Below are positions 1-8,017 of a stretch of 64,000 nt of DNA, piece after piece (the stretch's first letter is position 1; the number at the start of each line of letters is the position of its first letter). The notes under the pieces were generated by a model. That model worked only from the letters and a program-made list of their open reading frames with translations, was not told the origin of the DNA and ran no database searches. Origin of the DNA: Vicinamibacterales bacterium (GTDB taxonomy: Bacteria; Acidobacteriota; Vicinamibacteria; Vicinamibacterales; 2-12-FULL-66-21); the NCBI GenBank assembly GCA_049642465.1, contig JBAROV010000088.1, forward strand, positions 38,616-102,615, given 5' to 3'. A program made the translations under genes and the position numbers.

Positions 1-1514
1 TGCAGCGGAGTGCTTGGAACGTAGTGCCCCTGCTGGTCGCTGGCCGTGACGAGTCCCGTACGAATGTTGACGCCCAGATTTGGCTGACGGAAGCCGTAGC
101 CGAGCAAGGTGAAACGCTGACCGTCTGCCGAAATGCGCAAGATGGTGCCGTTGTGCTTGCCGATGGTGGTGGCTTGCTGATTGCCCTTGGCAATGACGAA
201 CTCGCCGCCGGGAGCAAGACGCAGGGTGTTGGGGAACTCGCGCATGTCGGCTGTTTGCGCGAACACGTTGGAGAAGACTTCGTGAAGATCCGCTTCACCG
301 TCTCCGTTGGTGTCGCGCAGCCGCCAGATGGCGTTCCGGTCGAAGACGTAGACCTGTTCGTCGCGGATCGCAAGAGTCAGTGGCTCGTGCAGGCCGGAAG
401 CGAATCGGTTCCAGCGCACCGTCCCGCCCGGTTCGTGCATGCCTCGCGCGAACCACACGTCACCATCGATCGTGACCACGACTCCAGTGCCATCACGGAG
501 AAACTGCACGTCGGCGGGACGCACATTACGGCGCCACGGATTGTCCACTGGCAGCGGGATGTCGTCCACGACGTATGCGTCATTCGACTTTGAGCGCGCA
601 ACCCTTGTAGTGACCGTCTGCGGCCAGCGCCGCGCGGGTGGATCCGACGGAATCGGGCGCGGTGTCACCGACGGAGCCGGACCCTTCTCCGCCATCGCGA
701 CGCAGAACTGAATCGGCCCCTGGTGAGGCGGGACCTGAACGGCCCAAACCGGCACCGTCTCCACCTTCAATGACAAACCTGGTTGGGCGCCGACCGACAG
801 CGCCGCATCACCCTTCTTGGCGCCTGGGATCAGCCAGAGTGCCTTGGCGGAGGGGGCCACGTCGAAGTGGCGTTCAATGGTCGGTACGCCGTCGCGACTT
901 CCCGCAGTCATCCATTCGCGAACGTCGGTTCCTGCGACGGTGTATTCGAGAACCACTCCGTCGCGGACCAGGCGCAGGGCTTTCAGGCGCCCCATGTGCT
1001 CTGGCAGCGGACCGCGTCCGACTTCCTCCGGGCTCGGCGCCGGTTCGCGCGGATCGATAAATGTGGGCCGATCGCCACTCTGCCATCCCGGGTAGATGCC
1101 GTTCGACAGCCAGGCTACCCCGTCAGGTTCGGGAGCAGGAAACTGACCGCCGGGTGTCTTCTTGTCGGGCGAATGATAGGACCCGGGAGCCAGTGCTTTG
1201 GGAGTGACGCTTTCACCGCGCCAGACGGCAGCGACCCGCAGGAGATCGGTGTCGAACCCGACCCAATACCCGCCCCCGAGGTTCAACACGAGCCCGCGAG
1301 GCGTCAGATTGTTTGCCGGAAGCCCGGCTCCGACGTTGCGCGCGTCAATGATCGACGAGAAAAAGGGATAGTCCGCCTCGACCCAGTTGCCCCACGTCTG
1401 CGTCGGGATCGACTTCTGGCGTGCGGCCAGAACGGGACGGGAAATGGAGTGCGACGCACACACCACGGCAACCATCCCCAGGCCAGCTGCCGCGTGCCAC
1501 GCTTTCATCCGCAT
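1..1514 (-). CDS. Secreted beta-propeller / glucose-sorbosone-dehydrogenase-like protein (PVC-type membrane-bound dehydrogenase-like), partial: C-terminus lies beyond window start
   Basis: Manual translation of the reverse complement gives an uninterrupted frame from ATG (revcomp of 1512-1514) to position 1. AAAGGA RBS 7 nt upstream. N-terminal signal peptide MRMKAWHAAAGLGMVAVVCASHS. Motifs such as LNLGGGYWVGFDTDLL, DTNGDGEADLHEVFSNVFAQT, NGTILRISADGQRF. Absent from the ORF track because no in-window stop; the plus-strand ORFs 24..593 and 783..1871 are its antisense shadows. Confidence 0.6.
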   Translation of the reverse strand, partial: MRMKAWHAAAGLGMVAVVCASHSISRPVLAARQKSIPTQTWGNWVEADYPFFSSIIDARNVGAGLPANNLTPRGLVLNLGGGYWVGFDTDLLRVAAVWRGESVTPKALAPGSYHSPDKKTPGGQFPAPEPDGVAWLSNGIYPGWQSGDRPTFIDPREPAPSPEEVGRGPLPEHMGRLKALRLVRDGVVLEYTVAGTDVREWMTAGSRDGVPTIERHFDVAPSAKALWLIPGAKKGDAALSVGAQPGLSLKVETVPVWAVQVPPHQGPIQFCVAMAEKGPAPSVTPRPIPSDPPARRWPQTVTTRVARSKSNDAYVVDDIPLPVDNPWRRNVRPADVQFLRDGTGVVVTIDGDVWFARGMHEPGGTVRWNRFASGLHEPLTLAIRDEQVYVFDRNAIWRLRDTNGDGEADLHEVFSNVFAQTADMREFPNTLRLAPGGEFVIAKGNQQATTIGKHNGTILRISADGQRFTLLGYGFRQPNLGVNIRTGLVTASDQQGHYVPSTPL

Positions 1515-1683
1515 CGTGTTCCTTTCGTCCCGACCGGCGCCCAGCCCCGTATTTTAGGCCGGCCCGGCGCCCTCCGTGGCAGTGGCCTTGCACGACCGCC
1601 CTTGGCAGCGGAATATCCGGCGCGAATCAGACCGACTTTGTTAGATCCGCGCCATCACTGTAATTCCCCCTGCACCATCAGCC

Positions 1684-2445
1684 ATGACGATATATCTGCG
1701 GCGTCTTGCGGCGGTGATGGTGCTGTGCGGACTCACCGCCTGCTCCATTCCACCCCTTCCATCTCAGCCCTCGCACACCGCGCAGCTCGAAGTGCGCGGG
1801 ACGACGTTGATGATGGTGGGGGCACGCGGGTCGTTGAGTGCGTGGGAATTCGACGGCCAGCAATACCGTGAGGTAGAAGCCAGGTGGACAGCCGACGGGG
1901 ACGTCATCTCGATCTCGACGGCGGGAGCGATCGTGGCGCGTCGTCTCGGCGCCGCGACCGTGCGCGCGCAGTATCGCAACCTGACCGGCACCGGCACCGT
2001 GCACGTGGTCCCGAGCGTTGCCGGTACCTGGCGAGGAACGCTGACCGTCCTCGACTGCTGGCAGAGCGTGGTGACGTCACCGGATCCGTGTACAAACCGC
2101 CGCGGTTCGAACGCTCCGTTCTCCTTGACGGTGTCGCAGACAGATTCTGCGGAACTGGGCAATCTCACCGGCACGATAGCGGCGTTCACCCCCGCGGCGA
2201 CGGGGAGCTTCGTCGGGCTTCTCGACTCCGGCGGTGTGTTCTTCATCCAGGGCTACATCGAACGCGCACAAGACCGGCTGCAGGCGCCGGTGACGTTTCG
2301 CTGGATCCTGGAAGGCGAGCGGCTCGTTCCGCTGAAAGTCGATGATCGAATTGAGGATCAGATCGACGTGCAGCTCAGCATGCGTGTCGGCTCCGAGGTG
2401 GTGCCCTTCTCCGAGATCTGGCGGCTCTCTTCGCTGACGCGCTGA
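1684..2445 (+). CDS. Lipoprotein with bacterial Ig-like (Big_2-like) domain, hypothetical
   Basis: Signal peptide with lipobox LTAC. Beta-rich sequence. Ends RLSSLTR* immediately before the repeat elements. Confidence 0.55.
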   Translation: MTIYLRRLAAVMVLCGLTACSIPPLPSQPSHTAQLEVRGTTLMMVGARGSLSAWEFDGQQYREVEARWTADGDVISISTAGAIVARRLGAATVRAQYRNLTGTGTVHVVPSVAGTWRGTLTVLDCWQSVVTSPDPCTNRRGSNAPFSLTVSQTDSAELGNLTGTIAAFTPAATGSFVGLLDSGGVFFIQGYIERAQDRLQAPVTFRWILEGERLVPLKVDDRIEDQIDVQLSMRVGSEVVPFSEIWRLSSLTR

Positions 2446-2452
2446 CGCGCGT

Positions 2453-2593
2453 GGTTTACAGGAGATCAGGAGATCAAGAGAGAAGAACAGGAGGTCAGGA
2501 GATCAGGAGCACAATGTTTATCTGCCCCAAAAATAACTCCTTACCTCTTGATCTCCTGTCGATGCCTTCTGATCTCTTGATCTCCTGTGAACC
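2453..2593. mobile_element. MITE-like palindromic element copy 1 (~141 bp) with terminal inverted repeats GGTTTACAGGAGATCAGG / CCTGATCTCCTGTGAACC
   Basis: Terminal inverted repeats read directly. Internal GAGATC/GATCTC-rich arms around a central AT-richer core GCACAATGTTTATCTGCCCCAAAAAT. Confidence 0.6.
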
Positions 2594-2623
2594 ACACGCG
2601 TGGCTCTCTTCGCTGATGCGCGT

Positions 2624-2764
2624 GGTTTACAGGAGATCAGGAGATCAAGAGAGACGAACAGGAGGTCAGGAGATCAGGAGCACAATGTTTATCTGCCCCA
2701 AAAATTGCTCCTTACCTCCGTACCTCCTGTAAGCCTCTCCTGACCTCCTGATCTCCTGTAAACC
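2624..2764. mobile_element. MITE-like palindromic element copy 2 (~141 bp); left half nearly identical to copy 1, right half diverged
   Basis: Begins GGTTTACAGGAGATCAGGAG (2624) and ends its reverse complement CTCCTGATCTCCTGTAAACC (2764). Separated from copy 1 by 30 bp that duplicate the left flank (GCGTGGCTCTCTTCGCTGAYGCG). Confidence 0.6.
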
Positions 2765-2769
2765 CCCGC

Positions 2770-4239
2770 GTGCGATACTCGCAGCGGATGCGCGTCACCC
2801 TCAGGGACTCTCGACTCGGCCTCCTGAACTCCACCACCCGGATTCCCTTCCGCTACGGCACGGCGGTCCTCACCCGATGCCCGCAGGCGACCTTGCGGGT
2901 CACGATCGAATGCGACGGCCGCGTGCAAGCCGGTTACAGCGGCGATTGTCTCCCGCCAAGCTGGTTCGACAAGACCCAGGGCAAGGACTTTGCGATCCAG
3001 ATCGACGACATGCTCCGTGTCATCGCGCTCTCGCAGAAGATCTACGCCGACGCGTTTGCGAGAAACACGGACTTCTTTCCCGCCTGGCATTCAAGCGAGG
3101 AGCAGATTCAGCGGCGATGCCTCGAATGGAATCTGCCGCCGCTGCTCGCAAGCTTTGGCTCGAGTCTGCTGGAGCGCGCCATCCTCGATGCCGCGTGCCG
3201 GAGACACGCGACGAGCTTTGCTCGAGCCGTGCGCGACAATCTGTTCGGCATCGATGCGGGACTGGTGCATCGCGATCTGGCTGGTGAGGCGCCACGGGAT
3301 TGGCTGCCCGAACGGCCCGCGTCATCCCTGTACGTTCGGCAGACCGTCGGCCTGGGCGATCCGCTCGAGGACCAGGACATCCCAGACGCCGATCGGCTGC
3401 ACGACGGCTGGCCCCAGGCAATTGAACACTACGCCACCCGTCGTGGCGTCCGCTACTACAAAGTCAAGGTCTCGAACCAACTCGACCACGATCTCGAACG
3501 CCTCACTCGCGTCGCGAATGTACTGGAGCGGCACCTCGGACGTGACTACCGTCTGACGCTCGACGGCAACGAGCAGTACAAGCGAGCAGAGGATTTCGAA
3601 GCACTCATCGAGAGGATCCAGGCGCGTCCCAATCTCGCAACGCTTTGGGCCAACGTGCTCGTCATCGAACAACCGTTCGACCGCGCGATGGCGCTCGACT
3701 CCGGTCGTACCGGCGAACTGAAAGCGCTCTCGCGCTTGAAGCCAGTCATCATCGACGAATCCGACGGCACGCTCGACGCCTACGCGCGCGCAATCGCCGT
3801 CGGGTATCGCGGAGTCAGCAGCAAGAACTGCAAAGGCGCAATCCGGAGCCTCCTCAATGCCGGTCTGACCTGGCTTGGCAACGGCCGTGGCGGCCGTCAG
3901 GAGTTCTTGATGACTGGTGAGGATCTGTGCAGCGTGGGCATCGTTCCGACGCAGTCTGACTTGTGCCTTGCCGCGACGCTGGGGCTGCAACACGTCGAAC
4001 GGAACGGCCACCACTATCATCCCGGGCTCACCTATCTTCCAGAATCACAACGCCGCGCGGCGCTGGCTGCGCACGGCGATTTCTACGTCCGCGAGCACGA
4101 CATCATCGGACCCCATATCGTGGACGGCCAATTCCGCATCGCGTCACTGCAGTGTGACGGCTTCGGCTTCGCGGTGGAACCAGATCTGTCGGCGATGGAA
4201 CCTGCCGAATCGTGGCAGTTCGAATCGTTAGGATTGTGA
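2770..4239 (+). CDS. Enolase-superfamily (mandelate racemase / muconate lactonizing enzyme-like) protein with long N-terminal extension
   Basis: Putative barrel catalytic residues with correct spacing: KVKV, LDGNEQY, VIEQPFD, IIDESDG, SSKNCKG. GTG start at 2770 (alternative ATG at 2788). Stop overlaps the next start. Confidence 0.5.
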   Translation: MRYSQRMRVTLRDSRLGLLNSTTRIPFRYGTAVLTRCPQATLRVTIECDGRVQAGYSGDCLPPSWFDKTQGKDFAIQIDDMLRVIALSQKIYADAFARNTDFFPAWHSSEEQIQRRCLEWNLPPLLASFGSSLLERAILDAACRRHATSFARAVRDNLFGIDAGLVHRDLAGEAPRDWLPERPASSLYVRQTVGLGDPLEDQDIPDADRLHDGWPQAIEHYATRRGVRYYKVKVSNQLDHDLERLTRVANVLERHLGRDYRLTLDGNEQYKRAEDFEALIERIQARPNLATLWANVLVIEQPFDRAMALDSGRTGELKALSRLKPVIIDESDGTLDAYARAIAVGYRGVSSKNCKGAIRSLLNAGLTWLGNGRGGRQEFLMTGEDLCSVGIVPTQSDLCLAATLGLQHVERNGHHYHPGLTYLPESQRRAALAAHGDFYVREHDIIGPHIVDGQFRIASLQCDGFGFAVEPDLSAMEPAESWQFESLGL

Positions 4240-4240
4240 G

Positions 4241-5236
4241 ATGCCAACCATCAGAACCACCGTCGTCGGCAGCTATCCGGTTCCCACGTGGCTGCGGGTG
4301 TTCAGCACGCGTGAGAGCCTCCGGGACGCGATGCTGGCTGTCATCAAGACGCAGGAACTTGCTGGCATCGACGTCGTGGCCGACGGTGAGTTGTACCGGT
4401 GGGATATCAACCACGCGGAAACGAACGGGATGATCGATTACTTTCTGCGGCCGCTGCAGGGCGTCGCTCAGGATCTGACGCTCGAGCAACTGCATCGCTG
4501 GCGGAGCGCGCCGGGCCATCAGTTCCGATCGGCCCCGCCCGGAATCGTGATCGGGCCGATTGGGAGCGGCCGGTTGAATCTCGAGCGCGACTATCAGTTG
4601 TTCCGAGATTTGACCGACCGGCCGAAAAAGTTCACCGTCACCAGCCCGTACATGCTGGCCAAGACGGTAGGGGACGAGCATTACCGCGATCTCGATCGGC
4701 TCGTCCTCGCGTTGGCTGACGTCCTGCGAGAGCAGGTGCGGGCGATTGACGCCGCGATTGTCCAGATTGACGAGGCGAACGTTACCGGTCATCCGCACGA
4801 TGCGCGCCTGGCCGCACTGGGCATCAATCGCGTGCTCGAAGGCGTACGGCACGAAAAAGCCGTGCATCTGTGCTACGGGAATTACGGTGGACAGACGATC
4901 CAGAAGGGAACCTACGAAGCCCTCGTTGGGTTTCTCAACCTGCTGCAATGCGATCACCTGGTGCTGGAAGTCGCGCGCCGGCCGCCGGACGAACTCGAAT
5001 ATCTGAAGGACGTGCGGCGCGAGATTGGATTGGGGATTGGCGTCATCGACATCAAGGACAACGAGGTCGAGTCGGCCGAAACGGTCGCGCGCCGAATCGA
5101 GCGCGCGGCCAAGGTGCTCGGCATTGAGCGCGTGCGTTACGTGCATCCGGACTGCGGGTTCTGGATGCTGCCGCGGAGCGCAGCGGACGCGAAGATGCGG
5201 TCGCTGGTACGAGGACGGGATTTGTTCGAGGGTTAA
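4241..5236 (+). CDS. Cobalamin-independent methionine synthase (MetE) C-terminal-domain-like Zn-dependent methyltransferase
   Basis: MetE/UroD-fold motifs: N-terminal VVGSYP, Zn ligands H-x-C (VHLCYGNYGG) and late Cys (VHPDCGFW). Start 2 nt after the previous stop. Confidence 0.7.
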   Translation: MPTIRTTVVGSYPVPTWLRVFSTRESLRDAMLAVIKTQELAGIDVVADGELYRWDINHAETNGMIDYFLRPLQGVAQDLTLEQLHRWRSAPGHQFRSAPPGIVIGPIGSGRLNLERDYQLFRDLTDRPKKFTVTSPYMLAKTVGDEHYRDLDRLVLALADVLREQVRAIDAAIVQIDEANVTGHPHDARLAALGINRVLEGVRHEKAVHLCYGNYGGQTIQKGTYEALVGFLNLLQCDHLVLEVARRPPDELEYLKDVRREIGLGIGVIDIKDNEVESAETVARRIERAAKVLGIERVRYVHPDCGFWMLPRSAADAKMRSLVRGRDLFEG

Positions 5237-5263
5237 CGCACCGGCCGCGCGAGCGTGACCCTA

Positions 5264-5797
5264 CTAAAAAAGCCAGGCGCACACCGCGACAGTGGCGATT
5301 GCCGCGACGATATCTCCGACGAGCGCAGCGGGCACCGCGTGTCGAGTGCGACTGACGCCAACGGCGCCAAAGTACACGGCCAGCACGTAGAACGTCGTTT
5401 CCGATGATCCGTACAAGGTGGCGGCCGCACGAGCGATGAATGAATCAGGACCGTGCGTCTTGATCAGATCAGTCGTGAACGCGAGCGAACCGCTGCCGCT
5501 CAGCGAACGAAGGATTGCCAGCGGAAGCAGTTCCGCCGGGAAGCCGGTCGGCGCGACGACGGGCCGCAGGCCAGCCATGAGAAGGTCCATCGCACCGGAT
5601 CCTCGAAACATTCCAATGGCCACGAGAATCCCGACCAGGAACGGGATGATTCTCACCGCAACCTCGAAACCCTCCTTCGCACCCTCGATAAAAACGTCAT
5701 AGACCTTCACCCGTCGGATGATGCCAGCGAGGGGAATGGCCACGAGCAACACCGGCATGGCCCAAAGCGAGATCGCGTCGAGCGCGGCGCGGATCAT
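5264..5797 (-). CDS. spmB: Spore-maturation-protein-B-like nucleoside-recognition membrane protein
   Basis: ~177 aa polytopic membrane protein. ATGA-type overlap with upstream SpmA-like gene. Confidence 0.65.
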   Translation of the reverse strand: MIRAALDAISLWAMPVLLVAIPLAGIIRRVKVYDVFIEGAKEGFEVAVRIIPFLVGILVAIGMFRGSGAMDLLMAGLRPVVAPTGFPAELLPLAILRSLSGSGSLAFTTDLIKTHGPDSFIARAAATLYGSSETTFYVLAVYFGAVGVSRTRHAVPAALVGDIVAAIATVAVCAWLF

Positions 5798-6405
5798 GAC
5801 ACCTGCTCCACCGCCGATGGCGCCTGCTGGGGATAAAAGCGCTGCAGCAATTTTGCCGCGACGAGGGCCGCCACGGTGCCGATAAAGGTCGCGATCAGTG
5901 TGGGGGCGATGATCGCCGTCGGGTTCGTCGAACCCGCTGCCGCCAGGACGCCGATCATCGACGCCGGTATCAGCTGCACACCGGACGTGGTGACGGCCAT
6001 GAACGTCACCATCGGATTGCTCGCCGTGCCCTTGTCGGGGTTGAGGGTCTGCAGTTCTTCCATGGCTTTGATGCCGAGCGGCGTCGCGGCGTTGTTGAGG
6101 CCGAGCATGTTGGCGGCAAGTGCCAGCACGATCGCGCCTGCCGCGGGATGCCCGGCCGGCACCTCAGGAAACAGCCAGCGCAGGAGCGGCCTGAGGGCGC
6201 GGCCCACCAGCGATACGAGTCCCGCGGCCTCCGCCACTCGCATCATCCCCAGCCAGAGCGTCATGATGCCAACGAGGCCGATGGCGATCTGAACCGCGCT
6301 CGACGCCGATTCCACGGCGCCTCTGGTCACTGCCTCCGCCGTGCCATTGATCGCCGCGACAACGAGCGCGACGGCCATGAGTCCAAACCAGATGTAATTG
6401 AGCAT
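5794..6405 (-). CDS. spmA: Spore-maturation-protein-A-like nucleoside-recognition (Gate) domain membrane protein
   Basis: Start assigned to ATG at Met66 of ORF 5794..6600 (MLNYIWFGLMAVALVV...). The upstream 65 codons are Arg-rich non-protein-like. Confidence 0.65.
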   Translation of the reverse strand: MLNYIWFGLMAVALVVAAINGTAEAVTRGAVESASSAVQIAIGLVGIMTLWLGMMRVAEAAGLVSLVGRALRPLLRWLFPEVPAGHPAAGAIVLALAANMLGLNNAATPLGIKAMEELQTLNPDKGTASNPMVTFMAVTTSGVQLIPASMIGVLAAAGSTNPTAIIAPTLIATFIGTVAALVAAKLLQRFYPQQAPSAVEQVS

Positions 6406-6428
6406 GCAGTGATGGTAGCGTAGCGCGC

Positions 6429-7811
6429 GTGACCCGTCTCCTCCTGACCGCGTTTCTGCTCGGTGCGGCGGCTCTCCTGCCCTCACGCGCGACGGGCGTC
6501 TCACAGACCGCCACGCGGCCGCTGAATTTCGTCGTGCTCGTGATCGATGACACGCGATGGGATTCGATTGGCGCCGCCGGGAACCGGATCGTCCAGACAC
6601 CGCGGATCGATGCGCTCGCGGCCGAAGGCATTCGATTCGCGCAGGCCCGTGTTGTCACTTCCATCTGCATGACGAGCCGCGCCTCGATTCTCACCGGGCA
6701 GTACATGTCGCGGCACGGCATCGACCGGTTCGGCAAACAACTCACCCCGGAAGCCTTCGCGCGGACCTACGCCGGCGCGCTCCGCACGTCAGGCTACTGG
6801 ACTGGACATGTCGGTAAATACGACGTGGGCACGGCACGGGAGAGCGATTACGACTTCGTGCGTGCGTATCACGGGCGTCACTGGATCACCGACGGCGCAG
6901 GAGAACGCGTGCACGTGACCGAAAAGAATGCTCGCGACTCGCTGGAGTTCCTGCGGACCCGGCCCAAGGACAAACCCTTTTTGCTCAGCGTCGGCTACTT
7001 TGCAGCGCACGCTGAGGACTCAGCGCAAGAGCAGTATCTGCCGCAGGGGTGGAGTGCCAAGCTCTACGAAGGCATCACGGTCCCGCCTTCTCCGCTGTCA
7101 GCGGAGAAATACTTGCGTGCCTTGCCACCGTTCCTGTCGAAGGACTCGAACGAAGGACGTATTCGTTTCAAGTGGCGGTTCGACACCCAAGCGCGCTACC
7201 AGGAGTACATGATTCGCTACTACCGCCTGATCACCGAGGTGGATGCGGCAATTGGCAGACTCGTGGACGAACTGAAGGCACAAGGTGTGTACGAGAACAC
7301 ACTGATGGTCTTTATTGGGGACAACGGCTACTTCCACGGCGACCGGGGGCTCGCGGACAAGTGGTACCCGTATGAACAAGCGCTTCGCGTACCGCTCGTC
7401 GTCCGCGATCCTCGCCTGCCCGCGCGACGCCGCGGCGCGACCCGGGACGAGGTGGCGCTGAACATCGATGTGGCTCCCACGGTACTCGCTGCCGCGGGCG
7501 TGGCCGCCCCTGATGTCATGCAGGGCCGCGATCTTTCGCCGCTGTATCTCGGCGACGCGGTACCGGGCTGGCGGGACGAGTTCTTTTACGAACACCCCAC
7601 GATCACGTCACGTGATCGCATCCCCTCCTCTCAGGGTGTGATCCGGCGGGACTGGAAGTATGTGTATTATCCGGAGTTCGAATACGAGCAGTTGTTCAAT
7701 CTGAAGAGCGATCCCGAAGAGATTCGAAATCTTGTAGGCGATCCCCCGTCTGCGAGTGAACTCTCGAAGATGCGGCAGCGCCTCAAGGAGTGGCGACAAC
7801 GCGTACGCTGA
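6429..7811 (+). CDS. Sulfatase (arylsulfatase-family) with signal peptide; non-canonical FGly motif C-M-T-S-R
   Basis: GTG start. Signal peptide. LVIDDTRWDS metal-binding N-terminus. SICMTSRASILTGQY in place of the canonical C-x-P-x-R. C-terminal sulfatase motifs (GDNGY, KW..YE). Confidence 0.8.
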   Translation: MTRLLLTAFLLGAAALLPSRATGVSQTATRPLNFVVLVIDDTRWDSIGAAGNRIVQTPRIDALAAEGIRFAQARVVTSICMTSRASILTGQYMSRHGIDRFGKQLTPEAFARTYAGALRTSGYWTGHVGKYDVGTARESDYDFVRAYHGRHWITDGAGERVHVTEKNARDSLEFLRTRPKDKPFLLSVGYFAAHAEDSAQEQYLPQGWSAKLYEGITVPPSPLSAEKYLRALPPFLSKDSNEGRIRFKWRFDTQARYQEYMIRYYRLITEVDAAIGRLVDELKAQGVYENTLMVFIGDNGYFHGDRGLADKWYPYEQALRVPLVVRDPRLPARRRGATRDEVALNIDVAPTVLAAAGVAAPDVMQGRDLSPLYLGDAVPGWRDEFFYEHPTITSRDRIPSSQGVIRRDWKYVYYPEFEYEQLFNLKSDPEEIRNLVGDPPSASELSKMRQRLKEWRQRVR

Positions 7812-7819
7812 GTGATCCG

Positions 7820-7890
7820 TCTGACGCATGTCAGTCGCTGGTGGCTAGTCGCTGGCCCGGCTGACGCTTGTCAGTCGCTGGTCGCTGGTC
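7820..7890. repeat. Two ~33-bp direct repeats CTGACGCWTGTCAGTCGCTGGTSGCTRGTCG in a convergent intergenic region, each with small hairpin CTGAC-GCAT-GTCAG
   Basis: Read directly. 7-bp periodic GTCAGTC/GCTGGTG units related to the GAYTGNN family elsewhere in the window. Confidence 0.4.
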
Positions 7891-8017
7891 GGGTCTGCCC
7901 GTGCCCGGACCTGTGCGCCGCGGCGCCGCTGACCCGATGTGGCTCCGCCGCGCCTCAGGCCTGGACGAGTGTCACTTTACAGATTCAGCCGATACATGGA
8001 AGGAAAGGCGACTCTGT

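Noticed and set aside
24-1871. Plus-strand ORFs 24..593 and 783..1871 (189 and 362 aa)
   Set aside because: Antisense shadows of the genuine minus-strand secreted-protein gene 1..1514. Arg/Pro-rich, no domain-like motifs, no RBS.
2451-2732. 93-aa plus-strand ORF with an internally repeated sequence (MVYRRSGDQERRTGGQEIRSTMFICPKN... twice)
   Set aside because: It is simply the translation of the two tandem MITE-like repeat copies. No RBS. Repeat-derived artefact.
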